A stretch of DNA of 64,000 nt, from NCBI GenBank assembly GCA_018830295.1, contig JAHJSM010000001.1, forward strand, positions 257,980-321,979, read 5' to 3'. The DNA comes from Patescibacteria group bacterium (GTDB taxonomy: Bacteria > Patescibacteriota > Minisyncoccia > Portnoybacterales > UBA2143). Shown piece after piece: positions 60,038-64,000 of this stretch. Position 1 is the stretch's first letter; the number at the start of each line of letters is the position of its first letter. Both the position numbers and the translations under genes were made by a program. The notes beneath the pieces are model-generated. The model made no database searches. It was not told the DNA's origin and saw nothing but the letters and a program-made list of their open reading frames with translations.

Positions 60038-61396
60038 TTAATTATATAGCCGTTCTTTGATTAAATCTATCTCCTGTTGAAAAGACGAATTATTTTTTAA
60101 TGCATTGTCTATTTTTTGGCAAGCATACATTACGGTTGTGTGGTCGCGACCGCCGACTTTTTCACCAATAAAAGGATAAGACCCGCTTAATTCTTTTCTA
60201 ATTAAATACATACTAATTTGGCGTGGTTGGACTAATTCTTTTTTTCTTGAACGGTTAATTAAATCACTAATATTAATATCATAAAATTCAGCCACTGTTT
60301 TAATTATATTTTTATAATTTGTTGTTTTTTGAGGGGGGTTAATAATTTGAGAAAGTATTTTAGAAGCGCCTTCTAGTGTAGGAATAGTGTTATTTAATTG
60401 AGAATAAGCGATGACGCGGTTAAGCGCCCCTTCTAATTCTCTAATATTTCTTTGGACATTTGTGGCGATATAAGTTAAAACATCTTCGGAAATTTTAAAT
60501 TCCTTCTCTTTTGTTTTGTTTTTTAAAATAGCTATTCTTGTTTCTAAATCAGGATAACTAATATCAGCGATCATTCCTCCTTCAAAACGCGAACGAAGCC
60601 GATCTTCTAATGTGGAAATCGCGCTTGGTTGTCTATCGGAAGTAATAATAATTTGCTTGTTTTTCTGATAAAGATAATTAAATGTATGAAAAAATTCTTC
60701 TTGAGTTTTTTCTTTGCCGGCGATAAACTGAATATCATCCATAATTAAAACATCTATTTTGCGATATTTATCTTTAAAACTATCCATCCCCTTTTTTCTA
60801 ATAGCATTAATTAATTCGTTGGTAAATTTTTCAGAACTTAAGTATTTTACTTTTTTAGGCGGATTTTTTTTTATTAAATGATTTCCAATTGCCTGCATAA
60901 GGTGGGTTTTACCTAACCCTACTCCTCCATAGACAAAAAGGGGGTTATAGAGTGTTCCAAGATTTTTAGTAATTGCTCTACCCGCCGCTTGGGCTAATTC
61001 ATTAAAAGAACCAATAACAAAATTATCAAAAGTATATTTAGGATTTAAGTTTGTTTCTTTATTAATAGAAAACTCTTGAAAATTAAGTTGGCTTCCGATT
61101 GAATCGGGAATTCGAATCGTTTCGTTTTTAGAATCGTCGTTTATCTGTTTTGCTTTGCCGATAATAAAATTAACCTCTTTAATGTCGGTTGAATTATCGC
61201 GAAGAATTTTTAAAATAAGTTTATTATACTTATTTTCCAGCCACTCTTTGGTAAATCCATTTGGCGCGCTCACAGTAATTAACCCTTCTTTTTGGGAATC
61301 AATCTTGGTGTCTCTAAACCAAGTAATAAAACTTGCTTTAGAAATATTTAATTCAACCTCGCCTAAGACGGTTTGCCAGAGTTCTTTTAAGTTCAT
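60038..61396 (-). CDS. dnaA: chromosomal replication initiator DnaA
   Basis: 452 aa; AAA+ 'LFVYGGVGLGKTHLMQAIGN', C-terminal DNA-binding domain IV. Confidence 0.95.
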   Translation of the reverse strand: MNLKELWQTVLGEVELNISKASFITWFRDTKIDSQKEGLITVSAPNGFTKEWLENKYNKLILKILRDNSTDIKEVNFIIGKAKQINDDSKNETIRIPDSIGSQLNFQEFSINKETNLNPKYTFDNFVIGSFNELAQAAGRAITKNLGTLYNPLFVYGGVGLGKTHLMQAIGNHLIKKNPPKKVKYLSSEKFTNELINAIRKKGMDSFKDKYRKIDVLIMDDIQFIAGKEKTQEEFFHTFNYLYQKNKQIIITSDRQPSAISTLEDRLRSRFEGGMIADISYPDLETRIAILKNKTKEKEFKISEDVLTYIATNVQRNIRELEGALNRVIAYSQLNNTIPTLEGASKILSQIINPPQKTTNYKNIIKTVAEFYDINISDLINRSRKKELVQPRQISMYLIRKELSGSYPFIGEKVGGRDHTTVMYACQKIDNALKNNSSFQQEIDLIKERLYN

Positions 61397-61490
61397 AATG
61401 ATTATAAAATAATTTAAACTTATTATAGCACAAGCAAGAAATTTATAAAATACAAAAAAAGATGATTTTGTTAATAATATGTTAATAATA

Positions 61491-61557
61491 TGTGGAAAAG
61501 TTTATTGTTGGATTTATCTATTGTATTTGACTATGCCTGTTTGAGGTGTTATCCTAA
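61491..61557. promoter_or_regulatory. DnaA-box-like sites upstream of dnaA (TGTGGAAAA 61491; TTATCCTAA 61549) plus tandem ATGTTAATAAT repeat; also the rpmH promoter region
   Basis: Read directly. Confidence 0.4.
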
Positions 61558-61568
61558 ATTAAAAAAAT

Positions 61569-61703
61569 ATGTCTATTACTTATCAACCAAAAAAGAATAA
61601 AAGAAAGAAAACAAGCGGGTTTAGAAAAAGAATGTCCACACAAATGGGCAAGAAAGTTTTGTCTAATAGAAGAGGAAAAAAGAGAAAAAAACTAACCGCG
61701 TAA
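61569..61703 (+). CDS. rpmH: 50S ribosomal protein L34
   Basis: 44 aa '[44 protein letters not shown]'; not in the ORF track (too short); classic rpmH-rnpA order. Confidence 0.85.
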   Translation: MSITYQPKKNKRKKTSGFRKRMSTQMGKKVLSNRRGKKRKKLTA

Positions 61704-61715
61704 TTAATTCGGCGC

Positions 61716-62054
61716 ATGTTACCCAAAGAACATAAACTAAAAAAGAAAAACGATTTTAAGGCAGTATTTAACAACGGAAGATATTGTCAGAAGAGTTTTA
61801 TTAAATTAAAATTTGCGAAAAACAACCTTCAAAAAAATCGCTTTGGGTTTATTGTGGGATTAAAAGTATCTAAAAAAGCGGTGGAAAGAAACCAAATTAA
61901 ACGGCGACTAGAAGAAATAACGCGGCTAATTTTTAATGAATTAAAGCAAGGGTTTGATGTTGTAGTTATGGTTGACCCCGTAATTAAAGAAAAAATATAC
62001 AGCGAGATTAAAGAAGAATTAGTAGGATTATATAAAAAAGTTATATGGAAATAA
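61716..62054 (+). CDS. rnpA: RNase P protein component
   Basis: 112 aa; basic 'RLKKKNDFKAVF' RnpA motif. Confidence 0.85.
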   Translation: MLPKEHKLKKKNDFKAVFNNGRYCQKSFIKLKFAKNNLQKNRFGFIVGLKVSKKAVERNQIKRRLEEITRLIFNELKQGFDVVVMVDPVIKEKIYSEIKEELVGLYKKVIWK

Positions 62055-62746
62055 TAGTAAAAATATTTGATCAAGTTCTTTATCTTCCTTTATTAAACGC
62101 CTTAATTTGGATATATAACATCCTTCCTTTTCGCGATTTAGGAATAGCGATTGTTATTTTAACTATTATCATCCGCTTTATTCTCTATCCTCTTTCTAAA
62201 AAAGCCATCCAGTCGCAAAAAGCGATGGCTAAGCTGCAGCCAGACATTAAAGAGGTTCAGAAAAAATTTAAAGACAAAGAAGAGCAAGCGAAACAGATGA
62301 TGCTTTTGTATAAAAAGCATAAAATTAATCCAGCGGCTGGTTGTTTGCCTATTTTAGTTCAATTCCCAGTTTTAATCGCGTTATACAGAGTTTTTTTCAC
62401 AGGTCTTAATCTTGAAAACATGAATAATCTTTACGGATTTATTCAAAAACCAGAAACGCTTAACTTTATGTTTTTAGGACTAATTGACCTTTCTCAAAGA
62501 AGTATTTTTTTAGCTCTTTTGGCAGGCGGACTACAGTTTGTTCAATCAAAGATGATTATGCCGCAAAAAAGCGTTGGGCAAAAAAGTAAGGGTTCAGATA
62601 TGGCTTCTATGATGGGCCAGCAAATGATGTATTTTATGCCCATCATCACTGTTTTTATCGCTTGGAGATTGCCAGCCGCCCTTCCTCTTTATTGGGTAGT
62701 GATTACTCTTTTCGGAATTATCCAACAACATTTTACAAAAACATGA
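62045..62746 (+). CDS. yidC: membrane protein insertase YidC (short form)
   Basis: 233 aa; conserved 5-TM core ('LPILVQFPVLIALY', C-terminal 'LPLYWVV'). Confidence 0.85.
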   Translation: MEIIVKIFDQVLYLPLLNALIWIYNILPFRDLGIAIVILTIIIRFILYPLSKKAIQSQKAMAKLQPDIKEVQKKFKDKEEQAKQMMLLYKKHKINPAAGCLPILVQFPVLIALYRVFFTGLNLENMNNLYGFIQKPETLNFMFLGLIDLSQRSIFLALLAGGLQFVQSKMIMPQKSVGQKSKGSDMASMMGQQMMYFMPIITVFIAWRLPAALPLYWVVITLFGIIQQHFTKT

Positions 62747-63201
62747 CAAACACAAACAATATTATCAAAGAAACAGTGGAGGAATTGTTGAGAAAAATGA
62801 GTTTTGAGGGCGAGGTTGATATTGATTCTTTTAATAAGGATGATGTTTTAGCGAACATTCAAACCAAACAAGCGGGATATTTAATCGGGCAGTCGGGGGC
62901 CAATTTGGATGCTTTGCAATTTTTAGCGAGGATTGTCGTAAACAAGAGAAACGAAGAGCCAATTCATTTTATTTTAGATGTTAATTCTTATCGCAAAAGC
63001 AGAATAGAATCATTAAGGGATTTGGCTAATAATATCGCCCAAAAAACATTATCAGACCAGGTGTCGGTCACTCTCCGCCCAATGCCCGCTTACGAGAGAA
63101 GGATTATTCATTTGGTTCTGGCTGAAAATTTGGATATTAGCACGGAAAGCGTTGGCGAAGGCGCGGAAAGAAGAATTGTTGTAAAACCCGCGAATTATTA
63201 A
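62743..63201 (+). CDS. jag: Jag/KhpB RNA-binding protein (KH + R3H), start re-assigned to ATG overlapping the yidC stop (ATGA)
   Basis: C-terminal R3H 'YERRIIHLVL'; conserved rnpA-yidC-jag synteny. Confidence 0.75.
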   Translation: MTNTNNIIKETVEELLRKMSFEGEVDIDSFNKDDVLANIQTKQAGYLIGQSGANLDALQFLARIVVNKRNEEPIHFILDVNSYRKSRIESLRDLANNIAQKTLSDQVSVTLRPMPAYERRIIHLVLAENLDISTESVGEGAERRIVVKPANY

Positions 63202-63214
63202 GAACATAGAACAT

Positions 63215-63484
63215 ATGCTTATTAACGCTAAAAAAATTATTGGAAATAAAGTTTTTAGCCAAAACGGTTCTTCTTTGGGCAGAGTTACTGATTTTCAAGT
63301 GGATGTCTCCGGACAGAATATTGTTAAATATTTCGTTTCAGGGGACTTTTTTAATTTAATCAAAGAGCCGTTAATTATCGACGCTAGTCAAATTATTGAG
63401 ATCAAAAAAGACAGAATTATAGTTGAAGACGCGGCTATTCCAGAGAAAGAAAAAGCGCCTTCTGTGGTTGAGTATGCTAAGTAG
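63215..63484 (+). CDS. small hypothetical protein (PRC-barrel-like?)
   Basis: 89 aa; weak similarity pattern only. Confidence 0.35.
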   Translation: MLINAKKIIGNKVFSQNGSSLGRVTDFQVDVSGQNIVKYFVSGDFFNLIKEPLIIDASQIIEIKKDRIIVEDAAIPEKEKAPSVVEYAK

Positions 63485-64000
63485 AAAAATAGCTTACAAC
63501 ACGATTATTTCGGCGGGGGCTAGGATTATTGGACTAGCTCTTTCTTTAATAACGGTTGGTTTAATTGCTCGTTATTTAGGACAAGTTCAGTTTGGCTATT
63601 ACGCGACCATTTTGGCTTTCCTTTATTTTTTTAATGTTTTGGCGGATTTAGGGCTTTATTCGGTTTGTTTGAGGGATATTTCTAGAATTGGAGCAGATGA
63701 GAAGAAAATAGTCAGCAACGCTTTTTCGTTGCGATTTTTTGCCGGCTTGTTTTTTTTAGGACTTGCTCCTGTGGTTGTTTATTTTTTTCCTTATCCTGAA
63801 CAGGTTAAAATTGGGGTTTTAATCGGGGCAATTGGTTTCTGGGCTCTTTCAAATCAACAGGTTTTAGTGGGTGTTTTCCAAAAACATTTAAAAATGGATC
63901 GGATTATCGCGGGTGAATTGCTTGGGCGGCTGACACAGTTGGGGTTGGTCGTTTTTTTTATTTGGCGCGATTTTGGCTTTTTGCCGATTGTCGCCGCTTT
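63474..64000 (+). CDS. polysaccharide/lipid-II flippase-like polytopic membrane protein (Wzx/MurJ/MATE-like), 5' partial (continues beyond window)
   Basis: ATG 63474 overlaps the previous stop; open to the window end; multiple TM helices with 'AFSLRF' motif region. Confidence 0.55.
   Translation, partial: MLSRKIAYNTIISAGARIIGLALSLITVGLIARYLGQVQFGYYATILAFLYFFNVLADLGLYSVCLRDISRIGADEKKIVSNAFSLRFFAGLFFLGLAPVVVYFFPYPEQVKIGVLIGAIGFWALSNQQVLVGVFQKHLKMDRIIAGELLGRLTQLGLVVFFIWRDFGFLPIVAA

Noticed and set aside
62662-62742. Extended N-terminus of jag (track start 62662) overlapping yidC
   Set aside because: Conserved Jag begins at the ATG that overlaps the yidC stop (ATGA coupling); the upstream extension lies inside the yidC coding region.

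Overview
This is a 64-kb, AT-rich, gene-dense bacterial chromosomal window that spans the replication origin. dnaA and dnaN lie on the minus strand and rpmH-rnpA-yidC-jag on the plus strand, with DnaA-box clusters on both sides of dnaA. Housekeeping content is dense: five aminoacyl-tRNA synthetases (leuS, metG, glyQS, ileS, argS), lepB, pth, dprA, topA, a short rel, parAB, tsaC, tsaE, rsmI, recO, smpB-ssrA-infC-rpmI-rplT, holA, ruvB, yebC-ruvC, ychF, a PBP1A gene and tatD. Compact overlapping genes, three receiver-only response regulators, a lamin-tail-domain surface protein, a tandem-duplicated PilB/GspE ATPase and the absence of the usual recF-gyrB and mnmEG neighbours suggest a reduced-genome lineage, possibly CPR/Patescibacteria (inference only). 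Accessory and unusual content: (1) a Xer-like tyrosine recombinase divergently facing a small AT-rich membrane-protein cassette with nested inverted and direct repeats, then a GNAT gene and a non-canonical tRNA-like element; (2) a lexA-mazF-like dicistron flanked by ~55-bp direct repeats, beside a single-chain MmeI-like Type IIG R-M enzyme with a HEPN-like partner; (3) a RelE/ParD TA pair; (4) an LTD protein / zeta-like kinase / small ORF operon; (5) a tightly overlapped 7TM + ATP-grasp-retropepsin + ATP-grasp operon downstream of yebC-ruvC, resembling computationally predicted ribosome-independent peptide-ligase/tagging systems. Non-coding features include tRNA-Leu(CAA), tmRNA, two GC-rich structured-RNA candidates, a recurring AAAGGTCTGACCTTT palindrome, and a dispersed family of GGGAC(A/T)GTCCC palindromic elements that also sit in-frame inside argS and the LTD gene. 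No rRNA and no CRISPR array were seen.
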